Positions 47,667 to 59,545 of a DNA stretch of 64,000 nt are shown piece by piece. The translations under genes and the position numbers were made by a program. Position 1 is the first letter of the stretch; each line of letters starts with the position of its first letter. Below the pieces are notes generated by a model. It was given only the letters and a program-made list of their open reading frames with translations, was not told the origin of the DNA and searched no databases. Source of the DNA: Eutreptiella sp. 'Long Island Sound 2002' (taxonomy: Eukaryota; Protista; Euglenida); NCBI GenBank assembly GCA_964036045.1, contig OZ038379.1:11594001-11658000 (forward strand), given 5' to 3'.

Positions 47667-48254
47667 TTGTCCATCTCTGCCCTTCTCCTTCAGACAGAGA
47701 AATATTTTTCAGTCCTAGTATGGGTTTTTAATCACTAGGCCAACACCGTAAGCATTTTTGCGCTGAGATGTGCCATTGAGGGTTAATCATTACACCGAAA
47801 ATTAAAAAAAATGCGAGCATTGAACGACTGTTTGGGGCACATTTGATCAATATTCCCCTCGCTGCAGTTGTCCAATTAGGGGGACGTCTTCTGGCTTATC
47901 CGGGTCATGCAACTTATAGCTATCTGTCCTTTTGTGGATCTCTTTTACATTTCCCTGGGGGTGCCAATGACCTGTCGCAGCAATTCCGAACAAGGTCCGG
48001 ATCCCGCACTATTAGTTTAAAGCGCCGCTGGAGCTGTGTTTTTCAGATACAACTCGGTACAGAGAAAATGTAAAATTCGACCGAGATTTGTCAGTTTTTA
48101 CGGTGCTAGCACCGTAAAATTTTCATGGGTCATACATTTCCGTTCCACGGGGCTAAAGCCCTGTCGTGTACTTGTTTTTAAAAAGAGTGCATTTTTTACG
48201 GCGCCCTGGGTCTGGGGGTTTACAGCTGTACGCATGCGTGTAGTGCACCCCAAG
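47667..48254 (+). repeat. Interspersed repeat family copy 2
   Basis: Homologous to 35884-36650. Confidence 0.85.
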
Positions 48255-49862
48255 TTGCTTGTTGTTATTTGTTGCTTGTGTTGTTAGTTGTGGTTGCCCT
48301 TCATTCATATCTTTGCTTTTTGACTCAAAATAAACGCCCGGTCTATAGCCGTCTACTGAGCTGTGACTCGATTTTACCCTTACCGTACTTTCATTGCTAT
48401 GAGTAGGGGGCTGGTTTGTTGTGTGTCGCCCCCTGTGGGCTGGCCCTGCTACTGATGTGCCCGCTGCCAAACGTGATGAAGTCCGAATCAGCCCCCCCCT
48501 CCCAAAACAAATCCGCCGAGGCCCGATTTGGTTCCAGTGCTGCCCCATATTGTGACCGCCTGCCTCTTGCTGGAAGGTCTGCACCTGCAACAATCCTGCC
48601 AAACGCCGACCCCCTTCGTGGCCATGCTCCCACCCTCCGGCAATGGATTCACAGTACTTACCCCCTCCCCCCTCAAGAGCGCGTGCCACCGCTGTTTTTC
48701 TGACCGTAGTTTTTGCGGCCAAGAGTATCCAGTGACGTGGTTGGGTGCCGATTGTGGAGAAAAAGAGGGTGGCAGTATTTCCTGTTGATGACAGCGTTCT
48801 GTTTGACACTAAAACCCAATGCTCACGGGGGGGGGGTCTGACATACTGTAGGATAGTCTGCTTTGTGATATCTATATGAGCCCTCTATAACAGTCTTGTC
48901 AGGGTACTGCATTGTACCACAGAGAAAGGTGCCTATGGCAATGTCACTAAAGAGCTTTTTGTCCTGACCCTGCTGCTCTGCAGCCTTGTGCCTGTGTGGT
49001 AAAGGTGTGGCAAAGCATACAACATCTGCATCCCACAGCGGGGGCCCTTGGTTTCCATGCGCGACTCCCCCTGTCCCTGCCCTGGGGGCCCAGTTAGTTG
49101 CAAAGGGTGGCCGCGTTTGGCCCATAGTACTGGTGCCGCCGAAGGTGTTGGGTGACGCCGTACGTCAGGTGTCATGCTCTCCTCCACCCCATGGCGATCG
49201 TTGTAAGGTGCATATATGTTGGGGTACCCCCTCCCCCGGCCGCTGGCTAGACCCTCCCCCTCAAAGGAGCCTTCGGCCCACTTCTACTTGGGGGAGGTGA
49301 GTCGCGTATCAACCCGAGGGGTTGGCCCCCGCGTGACCCAATGCCATTCCTGGCAACCAACAGAAAAGGGATGCCAGGGATCGGAACCAGGGATGCTCTT
49401 GTAACGATGTGATGTCGTGCATCATGGACAAGTCACTGGAACTAAATTTTGTCGGCAAGACGTCTGTATATTGTGTGGCTGCTGTGCTCATGTGAAACCT
49501 GGTCTGGATGAGGTCTGGGTAGGTTTTTGGTGTATCCATCGGATCTCAAAACACGGGTCACAGGCAAGCACCATTTTGTGTCGAAGCTCCGCCCTGTGCT
49601 ACGGTCGTTTCCCCGACTCCGGCCGACCAATTGTTCAAGATCTCTATGTTTGCCGAACACCAACAGGGTTCCTTCCGGTCAGCCCCCCCCCAAATCGACG
49701 GGGTTCGCTTGGACCCAACTTATCCAAACAGACCAAACGGCCACATGCCCCCTTCCGGGGTTGTTCGCATTGTGTGGAGGGCACCTGCGCAAGGGTGTGG
49801 GAGGGACATGCCTTGCCACTGGTCTCGATGTCTCGATTCTCCTCCTCCCTCCCGTCTGGCAG

Positions 49863-50554
49863 GCGCCCTGGCATACTCACACGGCTACCCCATCGCCAAC
49901 GAGGTCTTCACGCTCACCATCACGGGACTCGGCCTGTCCAACTTCGACTCCTACGCAGTCGTCCCGGAGGCCGAGGGGTGCGGCGCCCCGACGGCGGTCC
50001 CCGTCGCCGGGGTATCCGGCACAACCTCCGCGACCCTCTCCGTGTCGCGTGCCGCCGGGAGCCACGTGGTGTGCTACCTCCTCCTGGGCGCGGCCTGGAA
50101 GCAGGTTGGCGCGCCGTTCGTCGTCAACGGGGCCTCCGACGCCTACACGACGCCGCACCCGGCGGCGCGAATGACCAATTTCACCCTGGTGGTGTCCGGC
50201 AGCGGCTTCGACTCCGGTGACAAGGTCGCGACGGTCCCGGCCGCGATGTCCTGCTCCGCAGTGAGCCCTCTCACCGGGGGTTACCTGTCGGTTGGGCCGG
50301 ACATGATCAGCCCGGACAACACCACCGTCAATGCCACGCTGGTGCAGTACGCCGCGGGCGCGTACAAGGTCTGCTACAACGTCCAGGATCTGGGGTGGCA
50401 GCAGGTCGGGACCTACGAGTTGCAGGTCGCCGGGGTGTCGTCGCACACCACGATCGGGAGCCCTGCGGCCGCCGGGGTGCGCTTCACGTTGAACCTGCAC
50501 GGCAGCTTCTTGACGGACGAGGATGTCTACGGCATCGCGACACCCGGGCAAGAG
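49863..50554 (+). CDS. Exon 7: Ig-like repeats
   Basis: Acceptor tctggcag| completes the split Gly codon; donor gag|gtctgt at 50555, phase 0. Confidence 0.88.
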
Positions 50555-50555
50555 G

Positions 50556-52044
50556 TCTGTTGAGGGCTGCAGGGAAGGGTAGCGCAGCGCTTAACACGGG
50601 GGAGCTGTGACAGTTCATTCCGCCGCAACTACTTCTGCCCGCACCCAGCGGTTTGCCAACCGAATGGTAGTCGCCAAACCTGGGCCCACAACCGCTTTTC
50701 CAACCATTGTTAACCGCCTCCGGCACCCACTTTTGAACTCCCCCTCCAGTCCCCCACTTCCAATCCCAACAATTATGACTGTCCTCCATTTGGGATGCCA
50801 GGGTATCTTCCGGCTGTTGTTGCTTTGCAAAATGGCGCTGCATCTGAACTGGTTGCCCCCCCCCCCCCCAAAAAGAGACAACACACAAATACAAAAAATA
50901 GTAGCAGACACAACCTCCCAACCCAACCCAACCCACCGACAAGCAGCACGATTAACCCGACCACAAATAAATTATCCGCCACAACAACTATCCGCCGACA
51001 TTTTCCAGACTCCTGTTCCGACCTTGGTGTGTGGGGCTTGATTTGTCTGGGGTATTGTGCTGTAGTTTTTGATCTTGCGTGTCGTTGCTTCTCCATGAGG
51101 GTCCTTTGGTGCTGTCATGCTTTGTGGATGGTCAGATTGGTTGAAGGGTCATTTGGGCCGTATTTGGCCGTACTGCCCTCTACGGTGCCCCGCTGGCGCA
51201 AATTCCTCTATGGTCCACCCAAGGTGAGCACAACCCCCTCTATGGTGCCCCTACAGTGAGCACATTCCCTCTATGGCCTCGTGTAGTGATCACTCCCCTC
51301 ATGGCCACTCAAGAGGGGGCAGACACTCTGAAATGGCGCCCCTTCAGTGAGCACAACCCCCTGCTATGGCCCCCCTGCAGTGAGGAGAAGCGCCTGTATG
51401 GCCCTCCAGGCGGCCCAACAGGACAACAAACAGGGCCCCTCGGTGCTAGCCATGAGGCAAGGGCGGGTGTAAGGCTCGGGGTGTACGTGGGTGGATTGGA
51501 GGGAGAGAAGGAGCGGGAGACCAGGAGGCAGCCCCGAGGGACGCCGCCCCCCTCCCTCCAAATGACGGTAGGCAGGTCTTCTTGTCCAAAGTAAGGAAAA
51601 ACTCTCCATCAAAATTGCATCTGCAATGTGCCCCAGAAACGCATGTCAACCATATACATGCCTCCAGCAACAAGCAGCCCCTTCGTCCATGAAAAATCCG
51701 ACGGCCAGTCCCTATCCTCTGTCCTGCACCTCATTGCGCCGTGCTCCTGTTCCCAAACAAAACTCCTGCCCCCCCACCCGCCATCCATCTGTCAATACCC
51801 GCTTTTGCAACCGCTCTTGAAACCGCCTTCATGCCCCTGCTGTGCCCTTGCAGTGCGACAACGTGACGATGGTGGCAGTTTCTGCCGGTTGGGTGTCGGG
51901 TGGTGGCGCGCTGGTGGCAGTGCCGGAGCAGCAGCTGGACGCCACTGGGACGTACACCGTGTGCTACAACTTCCGCGGCCTGGGTCTGCTGTCCATCACT
52001 GACCTGGTGGTGGTGAGCGGGGCGGTGGCCTTCCGGACCGTTGG
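50556..52044 (+). repeat. 1,489-bp host segment (intron 7 from +2 plus the first 191 nt of exon 8), copy 1
   Basis: Matches 60472-61963 except for 2 noticed SNPs (50648/60564, 51561/61480) and 3 extra C in a homopolymer. Confidence 0.97.
51854..52044 (+). pseudogene. Truncated copy of exon 8, fused to the retroelement
   Basis: Same sequence as 61773-61963; breaks at ttgg|atgtat; the host frame runs on to a stop at 52384. Confidence 0.88.
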
Positions 52045-53394
52045 ATGTATGCAGCGCCACTACTGCAACCCACGCAAATCACCGCCAGAACCGCCCAGGG
52101 GAACCCCATCTACGTCTATCACCCCACAGCAATCGCCCGCCTACCCATACCCAGCGACACCGACATCATCTTCTTCACTGACGCATCCGGCACCCAGCAA
52201 CGCACCCCCACGGTCGGTTGCGCCTCCGTGCGCATCACCCGGCACGCGGACGGCCTCCACGTGGAACACCACACCGGGGCCACCATCTTTGGGGCGTCCT
52301 CCCACGGCGAACTGCGCACCATGGCAGACGCCGTCACCGCCACACCGCCACCCACGACGATCCGGCCCCGCAACATCTGGGTAGTCGTGGACGCCACGGT
52401 TGACATCCACCTCACCAGGAGCCTTGCGGACCTGCCCCTCCACAAAGCACTCGAATCCGGCCTCACCACACAAGCGTTGGGACTATGGATGGCCTTCAAG
52501 GGCATGCACCCCCAGGACACCCTACACATCATCAAGCAGGAGTCACACCGCTACGCATACGGCAATGGACGCGCAGACACGCAGGCCAAACACCAGAACA
52601 CCAACCACACCCTAGGGCTCGAACGCGTGCGACTGGACACCCCACACCACAGCCACCTGCAGCACCTGCCCCCGATACCCCCGGCCACACAGCCCCCCCA
52701 ATGGATGCCCGAGGACACGCCGTACACGGATCGAGACAAGCAGTACCACTACCCCACACCCATCCAGCAACTGGCCACCACACTGGGCCACCCAGCGAAC
52801 ACCGAACTCCTCCGACGCCTCGAAGACTCCGTCCACACCCCCCTCTACTACTCCGCCCTGCGCCCGGATAGCCTCCCAGCACACCTACAAAAGCCCCGAC
52901 TCCAACTCGCCCTCGAACAACTTCCCCTCCTCACCCGATACCACCGATGGTATACGCGCCGCTCGATCCACGTCCCCGCAGGACACACCAAATGCATCTG
53001 CAGCCACGCGGAAGAAGAAACATGGGACCACTTCAAGGCGTGCCCCCTGTACAGAGGACTGGACACCCTCACAGACTGGAACCCAACCCACACCATCGCA
53101 CAGCACGCCGGATGGCTGACGCAGTCCCCGGCGACCCAGCAACTCACCACCGTCCTCAAGCAGACGGAGGTGCTCGAGGCAGTCCGCAGGGGACTCGTCC
53201 CCACTGCCGTCTACACCTTGCTACGCACCCACGCGGAGGACCCCCAGGCCACGGCGGCGCACATGCAGCGGACGGCCGTTGCCAAGACGGCGGAGCAGCT
53301 CACATACCGCACCCACAAATACCTGCAGCATGCGGCAACCCTGCCCCCAACAGACCAAGCCCACCTCCTCAAACTCCTGTTCTACCAACCATGA
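52045..53394 (+). CDS. C-terminal part of LINE ORF2: RNase H plus CCHC zinc finger
   Basis: FFTDAS, HGELRT, VVDAT, HIIKQESH..YGNGRADTQAK (RNase H D-E-D-D/H pattern); CICSHAEEETWDHFKAC. Confidence 0.88.
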   Translation: MYAAPLLQPTQITARTAQGNPIYVYHPTAIARLPIPSDTDIIFFTDASGTQQRTPTVGCASVRITRHADGLHVEHHTGATIFGASSHGELRTMADAVTATPPPTTIRPRNIWVVVDATVDIHLTRSLADLPLHKALESGLTTQALGLWMAFKGMHPQDTLHIIKQESHRYAYGNGRADTQAKHQNTNHTLGLERVRLDTPHHSHLQHLPPIPPATQPPQWMPEDTPYTDRDKQYHYPTPIQQLATTLGHPANTELLRRLEDSVHTPLYYSALRPDSLPAHLQKPRLQLALEQLPLLTRYHRWYTRRSIHVPAGHTKCICSHAEEETWDHFKACPLYRGLDTLTDWNPTHTIAQHAGWLTQSPATQQLTTVLKQTEVLEAVRRGLVPTAVYTLLRTHAEDPQATAAHMQRTAVAKTAEQLTYRTHKYLQHAATLPPTDQAHLLKLLFYQP

Positions 53395-53409
53395 GAACCT
53401 ACCCCGTGA

Positions 53410-55560
53410 CATACCAACACGGAACCCCCACCACGTCTACACACCATCCACCGAGCACAGCACTGGCACAGCACACACGGACGCCACAGGCACCGCACAC
53501 ACTCCCACCAGCATGCGCGCGCCACCAGCCCCCATCCCCCCACGCCGCCGTCCGTCCACAGGTACCACCAACCACCAGCCACCGCATGTCCCCTCTGCGT
53601 TAGCCGGCGGCTACCACAGACAGCCCTGCCCTGCAACCCAGACCACTGGGTCTGCCTGGGAGCCGCGCACCGCCTCACCCGCTGCCCCCACTGCGGGGAC
53701 CTCAACCCCCGCCACCACGAGCGGCCCGCGGCCCCAGCCGCACCCCACCCCGCCAGCCACCCCAGCTTCTTCGGGTTCCTCACCGACACCCTCCGGGACC
53801 ACCTGGGAGGGTACTACGTGGCGGACGCGGCGGACCACGCATGGACCATAGCCGTGGCCACGGGCAGCACACCCCTGCCCCCCCACAGCCCACCCCTACG
53901 CCACAGCGGAGGCGGCTTGAACGTGGCGGCCCGCCACATCCTCCTCGCCCTATACCTCCACCACCGAGACCTACACCTCCCAGGCCCACAACTCCCGGCC
54001 CCCCAAGCAGCAGCCCTGACGCCGGAAGCGTGGGCCGACACGGCACCAGAGGAGATAGCAGCCTACCTCCGAATCACTTGCCGCCGGTTCAAAAACGCCC
54101 TCGGCCGACGGAAGGGAACACCTTACCCCCTCAGCGCACTCCTCTACCCGGCACACCACCCCCACCCCGCACAACAGACGCCCCCGGAGGGCTGGGCGTC
54201 TTTTCGGGACGCCCACCTGGCCGCCCCCGACGAGGCCACCGCCACGCGGATGGGCCTCACGGACCAGGAAACCTACGTCAGAGGCCTCAAGACGAGCCTC
54301 CAAGAGGCACACCGCTGGCACGCCCGCTCCCCGTCGCCCCCACAGGGACAGGGGGGTTCACCCGCCCCCGACACCCACCAGGCCAAGAAGACCAAGACAG
54401 GTCAGGGGGCCCGCCAACGCGCCCACCAGCAGGGCGCGACGCCCCGACCAAGGCCCGGGTCCAGCCACACCGCACCACCCCACGCCCAGACCCCCGGGGC
54501 ACACCAACAACACCGCCACCGCCAGCGCCCACCACCACCACCGTACCGCAGCACCCAAACCCTGCAGCCCAGTCAGCCACCACCGCCCACACACGTCCAC
54601 ACCATGCCAGGACCACCATACGCGCAGAGCCAGGGGACATGGCACCACCAACACCACCACCACGCCCCCGTCCCTCCCAACCCCTACCCCCTAATGCCCC
54701 CAAGCTACAGCGACCCCCACCAGCTACATCCCCACCACGCCCCAGCACAACCAGGCCCCGCGAACCACCCACCCCACATAGCGCACATCACCGCACCACA
54801 CCATCACGTATTCCACCACCACCAGCCCCTGCCACCACACCCACCAACGCCGGGGTACCACACACAACCGGCACACCCTCCACACCACCACCACGCGGTC
54901 CAGCACCACCCGCCGCCCCCGCTACACGGGCCCACGACATACGAGCCACGGTACACCCCCATGGACCCGCGAGGAGCCGCGCACGCACACCAGCAACACC
55001 AGGGCCTAGTAGGAGCGCCCCACCACCACCAACAGCCCCCCCACCCACACCCCATACCAGCGAGCACCATCCACCAGCAGCCACCCATCACATACGGACC
55101 ACAGCCCCACCCGGGGGCTCATGCGGCCGCCTCCCACCCGCACCCCGGCACCACAACCAGTCAAGAACCGCAAGGGCCACACGGCGCACACACGCAACAC
55201 CCACACGACCCACAGGGACGCCCGGACCCCCAGCCGGCACAACACCCACCCCCGCCCCCCCCACCCCACCACCACCAGCAGCCCCCCCACCCACACCCCA
55301 TACCAGCGAGCACCATCCACCAGCAGCCACCCATTACATACGGACCACAGCCCCACCCGGACGCTCATGCGGCCGCCTCCCACCCACACCCCGGCACCAC
55401 AACCAGTCAAGAACCGCAAGGGCCGCACGGCGCACACACGCAACACCCACACGACCCACAGGGACGCCCAGACCCCCAACCAGCACAACACCCACCCCCG
55501 CCCCCCCCACCACCAACAGCGCCACCCCCACACCACCCCCCCCCCGCCCCCCCCCCCGAG
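53410..55560 (+). CDS. Extra ORF, N-terminal part: RING-like finger, helical domain, His/Pro/Gln-rich disordered region with an 82-aa tandem duplication
   Basis: Frame open 53410-56184; CPLC-x11-C-x3-H-x2-C-x2-A-x6-CPHC at 53587-53694; likely start is the ATG at 53391 overlapping the ORF2 stop (ATGA), which needs one frameshift. Confidence 0.6.
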
Positions 55561-56861
55561 ACCAGGCCACGGACACAACACGCGGCAGCCAGCACCAGCC
55601 AATCGACGTCGATACCCCCGCCGACACACGCCACCGCGAATCCCCCCTCCCGCGACCGCCACAAGAGACCCCATCACCGGACCCCACGCGCGACAACGAT
55701 GACCACCCCCCCCAACCCACACCACCCCCCCCATCACACCCCGCACCACCAGTCGCCGCACCGGCCGAACCCTACGCCCTACACAACCCCGCAGCGGTAC
55801 GGCAGCACCTCCGGGGACTCGGGGAACAGGACGTCGTGCTGTACCTCCGCACCTCCGGCACCAGCACCCCCATCCGGGCGGCCACCCTGGTCCAGGCGGC
55901 CACCCTGGGGGAAGGCGTCAGAGACTTCCTCTTCGACGCCTTCCTCCACGTCGCCCGACACGAGCGCCCCCCGCGCGCCACCCCAGACGGCGAGAGCCCG
56001 CCCCCCACGGGGAGCCGGATCTGGGTGCCCCCCATCGACTGGGGGCGACACCTGGTCGGACACCCCGTGCCGGGGCGGGTGGGCACCAAGGGCCGCACCC
56101 GCTACCACGAGCCCGACATGGCCCACCCCCCACCCGACGCCACCCCCGACAGCACCAAAGAGTGGGAGCGGGAAACATGGGTAGCCCGGATGGCCTCCCT
56201 GAGCAACTTCCGGCACCACGTCCCGGGGGACATCCCCACCCCCGACGAGCAGCAGCCAGCCCCCTCCACGTACATGACCCTCATGTACAATCTGCACTAC
56301 ACCCTCTCCACCACCACCTACGACGCACCCACAGACCACTGGGTGGTACACGGCACCGACTCCCTCCTCCCCGCCGACTACACCCCCCCCCCACACAACC
56401 CAGGCCCCGACACGTACGCCAGGGGGGACGACCCGGACGACCCCCACATCTGGGGCACGTGGGAACCCAAATCCCTGGACACGCTGCTCTCCATCCGCAG
56501 CGGCTACCAGGGCCTTGGTAGGGCGATGTATTGCCTCGCCAAGTGGACCCAACGGACCTGGGGGATCCCCACGGACCGATGGGTGTGGGTGGTCACGCTG
56601 CGCCCCCAGCAGAGGGAAGCCCCCCCAAACCGCAGGGGACCCACCCCCCCACGCCCCACCACCCTACAACTATGCCCGTACATGGTGGCAGCCCGCCTCA
56701 TGACGCTGCTGTGGACGGGCCCCCACACCCCCACCCAAAACTACCCCCACCTCACAGAGGAGGACATGCCCGGCATCCAGCGATGCTTCTTCCAGACCCT
56801 CGACTACCTCCAGCAAACACACCCGCACGTCCTGGAGCAGATATGGCCACCCCCCGGGTAA
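55560..56861 (+). CDS. Extra ORF, C-terminal part: Ulp1/SENP-like (peptidase C48, clan CE) cysteine protease
   Basis: Motif order IRAATLVQ..GEGVRDFLFDAFL, RIWVPPIDW, YNLHYTL (His 56295), VHGTDSLL (Asp 56358), PQQ, LQLCPYMV (Cys 56673); joined to the upstream frame across poly-C runs near 55500-55560. Confidence 0.55.
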   Translation, partial: DQATDTTRGSQHQPIDVDTPADTRHRESPLPRPPQETPSPDPTRDNDDHPPQPTPPPPSHPAPPVAAPAEPYALHNPAAVRQHLRGLGEQDVVLYLRTSGTSTPIRAATLVQAATLGEGVRDFLFDAFLHVARHERPPRATPDGESPPPTGSRIWVPPIDWGRHLVGHPVPGRVGTKGRTRYHEPDMAHPPPDATPDSTKEWERETWVARMASLSNFRHHVPGDIPTPDEQQPAPSTYMTLMYNLHYTLSTTTYDAPTDHWVVHGTDSLLPADYTPPPHNPGPDTYARGDDPDDPHIWGTWEPKSLDTLLSIRSGYQGLGRAMYCLAKWTQRTWGIPTDRWVWVVTLRPQQREAPPNRRGPTPPRPTTLQLCPYMVAARLMTLLWTGPHTPTQNYPHLTEEDMPGIQRCFFQTLDYLQQTHPHVLEQIWPPPG

Positions 56862-58304
56862 CCCACGTGCCCGCGCAGCCGAGACAACGCCGCCACGCCA
56901 GCACCAGCACGCACGGATCACCAGGGAAAACGCGCGCACACGCCCGATGCCCGAACCTGCACCCTCGTTCTCGCTACTTACAGGACCCAGCATCATACGC
57001 CCGCCCCCGAGGCCCAGGACCCTCCGCCGTCTCCCACAGCCCTCTCCTCCGCCTCCGACTCCACAACCTCCACCACCACGACCACCTCATCCACCACCAC
57101 CACCACGTCCTCATCCAGCACTCCACCCCCCAGGCCGCGGGGGACACCTCCCAAACGGGCCTCCAAACCCGCCCCCACCGCGAGCAGCCCCGCCGCCGCC
57201 AAGGCCCACGCCCCGACGAAGCCCACACCCACGACCCAGCCGACGCCCAAGACCGCCGCCAAACGGCCACCCAAACCCAAGGGTCAACCCGCAGCCAAGC
57301 CCAAACCCAAGCCCAAACCTGGCGCCACGACAGCAGCGCGAGCCCGGCCCCCCGAGGACGTCCTCTACGACATCCGGCCCCAGCCGTCCCAGGCCCGAAG
57401 GCAGCAGCGCCCAGCGCGGCGCCCCCCCACCGTCACCGACGCCACCGCCACCACCTTCATGGCGGAGCGCGCCGCGGCCGAAGCGCGACGCACCTCGTCC
57501 CGCCACCTCTCAAAGCCCGCACCCCAGGCCCACGGACCGCTCCCGACCAAGCCAGAACAACGCCAGGGTCCACTAGCAGCGTCCCCGCCCCCCTACCGGC
57601 CCTCGATGACAGCCCACATGCAACGCATGCCCCACTACCGCCGCCGCCGCGAATCCCCGCCCAACCCCGAGGCGGAGACCGTACGCGCACACCCGCGGGT
57701 CCACATCCGCGTGCACCCCCACTCCCCACGCACCCCCACGGAACAGGACTACGAGGAATCCCCCAGGCCCGCCACCGCCGCCGGTCCCCACGACCACGTC
57801 ACACCCACCCACGCCCACTCCTCCGCCCAAGACCGCAGGCCCGCCCAGGAACAGTGGTGGCAGCGCTGGACCCACACGCAGCTCTGGGAGCTGCGGAAGT
57901 GGGGCCGGGGAGAGCCCTCCCTCGAGGGCCTGGTCCATCGGCCCCGCAAGGGGTCGGTGGAGAACTGCCGCCTCCGGCCGGCGGGGGGGTGGATGCCGCA
58001 GGCCGCATGGGAAGCCATGCTGGCCGATGCGCTCCACCCCCTGGGAGTCCACCCCCGCAACCTCCCCGCGCCCCAGGACCACCCGTATGTCCTCAGGCGC
58101 CTGCGGGAGACCCTCCAGGAAACGCAGCGAGACGGCATCCGCCTGTGGGACATCACCCAAAGCCCAGCTCCGCACGCACACACCCCCTCACCACCCCACA
58201 AGCGTCGGCGCACCGACACCGGCGACACCCACAGCACCCCAGGAGCCCTGCGCGCCACACAACACGACGCGCCTGACCCCCCGGCCAGCGGCGCCGCCAT
58301 CTAA
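56862..58304 (+). CDS. Extra ORF: Ser/Thr/Pro/Lys-rich region plus Trp-rich C-terminal domain of unknown function
   Basis: 480 sense codons directly after the protease TAA in the same frame; first ATG at 57459; WWQRWTHTQLWELRKWG...WEAMLADAL. Confidence 0.55.
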   Translation, partial: PTCPRSRDNAATPAPARTDHQGKRAHTPDARTCTLVLATYRTQHHTPAPEAQDPPPSPTALSSASDSTTSTTTTTSSTTTTTSSSSTPPPRPRGTPPKRASKPAPTASSPAAAKAHAPTKPTPTTQPTPKTAAKRPPKPKGQPAAKPKPKPKPGATTAARARPPEDVLYDIRPQPSQARRQQRPARRPPTVTDATATTFMAERAAAEARRTSSRHLSKPAPQAHGPLPTKPEQRQGPLAASPPPYRPSMTAHMQRMPHYRRRRESPPNPEAETVRAHPRVHIRVHPHSPRTPTEQDYEESPRPATAAGPHDHVTPTHAHSSAQDRRPAQEQWWQRWTHTQLWELRKWGRGEPSLEGLVHRPRKGSVENCRLRPAGGWMPQAAWEAMLADALHPLGVHPRNLPAPQDHPYVLRRLRETLQETQRDGIRLWDITQSPAPHAHTPSPPHKRRRTDTGDTHSTPGALRATQHDAPDPPASGAAI

Positions 58305-58929
58305 CCCCGTTACCCAGCAAACCACCACCACGGGGCGCCACGCCAGGCCCCGCCCAGAAGTCACCAAACGAACCGGACGCCGAAGGAAGCCAACACACAC
58401 GACAACGAGCACCACTACGCCCAAAGACGCCGAACCCAGGCCCGCTACCGTGGGCTCCTCTCCACCCTCAGCACGACACACACGTCGCTGGCGTCACTCC
58501 TCCGCCGTGCCCCCTCCCACGCCACCGCCCCGCCCCCCCCCCCTCCCGCCGCACGTCCCCACGCCGCCCAGCACCCAGCCCCACACACTGCGCCACAGCA
58601 TCGCCCTAGTCCGGCTCCTCCACCATCGCGCCACTTGGCACCTCACAGTAGACCGCCGTCCTGTGGTCCCGCTCCCCCCGGCACCGCTCCCGGGGCCGCA
58701 CCCGGCCCACGTCGTGTTCGCCCCCACGTCGCGGGCCGCGGACATCCTCCCGCTCCTCGCCGCCACCCCTCCCGGGCATCGCATACTGCTTGCCGCCAAC
58801 CCCTCGGTCCTCAGTGAGGTCCTCATCGGGCACGCCGACGCCCTGCACGTGCGCCCGCTGCTGCCCAACCTGCACGCTGCGTACGCCCCCGGCACGCCCG
58901 TCGACCCCTCCGTGTGGGACTCCCAGTGA
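58305..58929 (+). CDS. Extra ORF with probable frameshift in poly-C: small alpha/beta-like domain of unknown function
   Basis: RYRGLLSTLSTTHTSLASLLRR in the frame after the TAA, then HSIALVRLLH...HVVFAP...RILLAAN...VWDSQ in another frame. Confidence 0.45.
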
Positions 58930-59030
58930 GGCCACCGGCCACCGGCCGGCCCGCACGCACCACCCCGCACTCGCCTCGGGCGCACGACCCCGTGGACGCC
59001 GCTACCCACACGCCCGGCCCCGCGCAACCG

Positions 59031-59404
59031 CCTAACCGAGCCAGAACCCAAGCACAAATCAAACCCGAGCCACACCCCAAAACCGCTAACCCTTGACTCC
59101 TAACCAAGCCCGCCAAGGGAACACCGAAACCACAGCCCACACCCACAGCCCACACAGCCGCCTAACCAGCCAGCTCCAGAAGCAAAGAGACACCTCACCA
59201 AACCCACCCTGACCCAAGCCTAACCGAGCCGAAGCCCCAACACAAATCAAACCCGAGCCACACCCCGAAACCGTCAACCCTTGACTCCAAACCAGGCCCG
59301 CTGAGGGAAATACGTAGACACAGCCCACAGCCACAGCCCACACAGCCGCCTAACCAGCCAGCACCAGAAGCAAAGAGACACCTAACCAAACCCACCCTGA
59401 CCCA
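59031..59404 (+). repeat. 188-bp tandem repeat, 2 copies, in the retroelement 3' region
   Basis: Units start at 59031 and 59219 (cctaaccgagcc). Confidence 0.92.
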
Positions 59405-59545
59405 TACCCGTGTACATCAGGACACGCGAGCCGCACCCCTGGGGCGCGACCGCCGCCACAGCACCGACGACACACGCCAGAGGACACAACGCTATTGCAC
59501 CGCCGCACCAACTGCCCGTGCCTGTGCCTGCAGTGTACGCGCCCC

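Noticed and set aside
52045-52047. ATG at the 5' junction as the true start of the RNase H ORF
   Set aside because: It coincides with the truncation point, so it is most likely an internal Met of ORF2; the RT and endonuclease are missing upstream.
56859-59400. TAACCC/CCTAACC words suggesting telomeric repeats
   Set aside because: Scattered single words in C/A-rich sequence, with no tandem (CCCTAA)n array.
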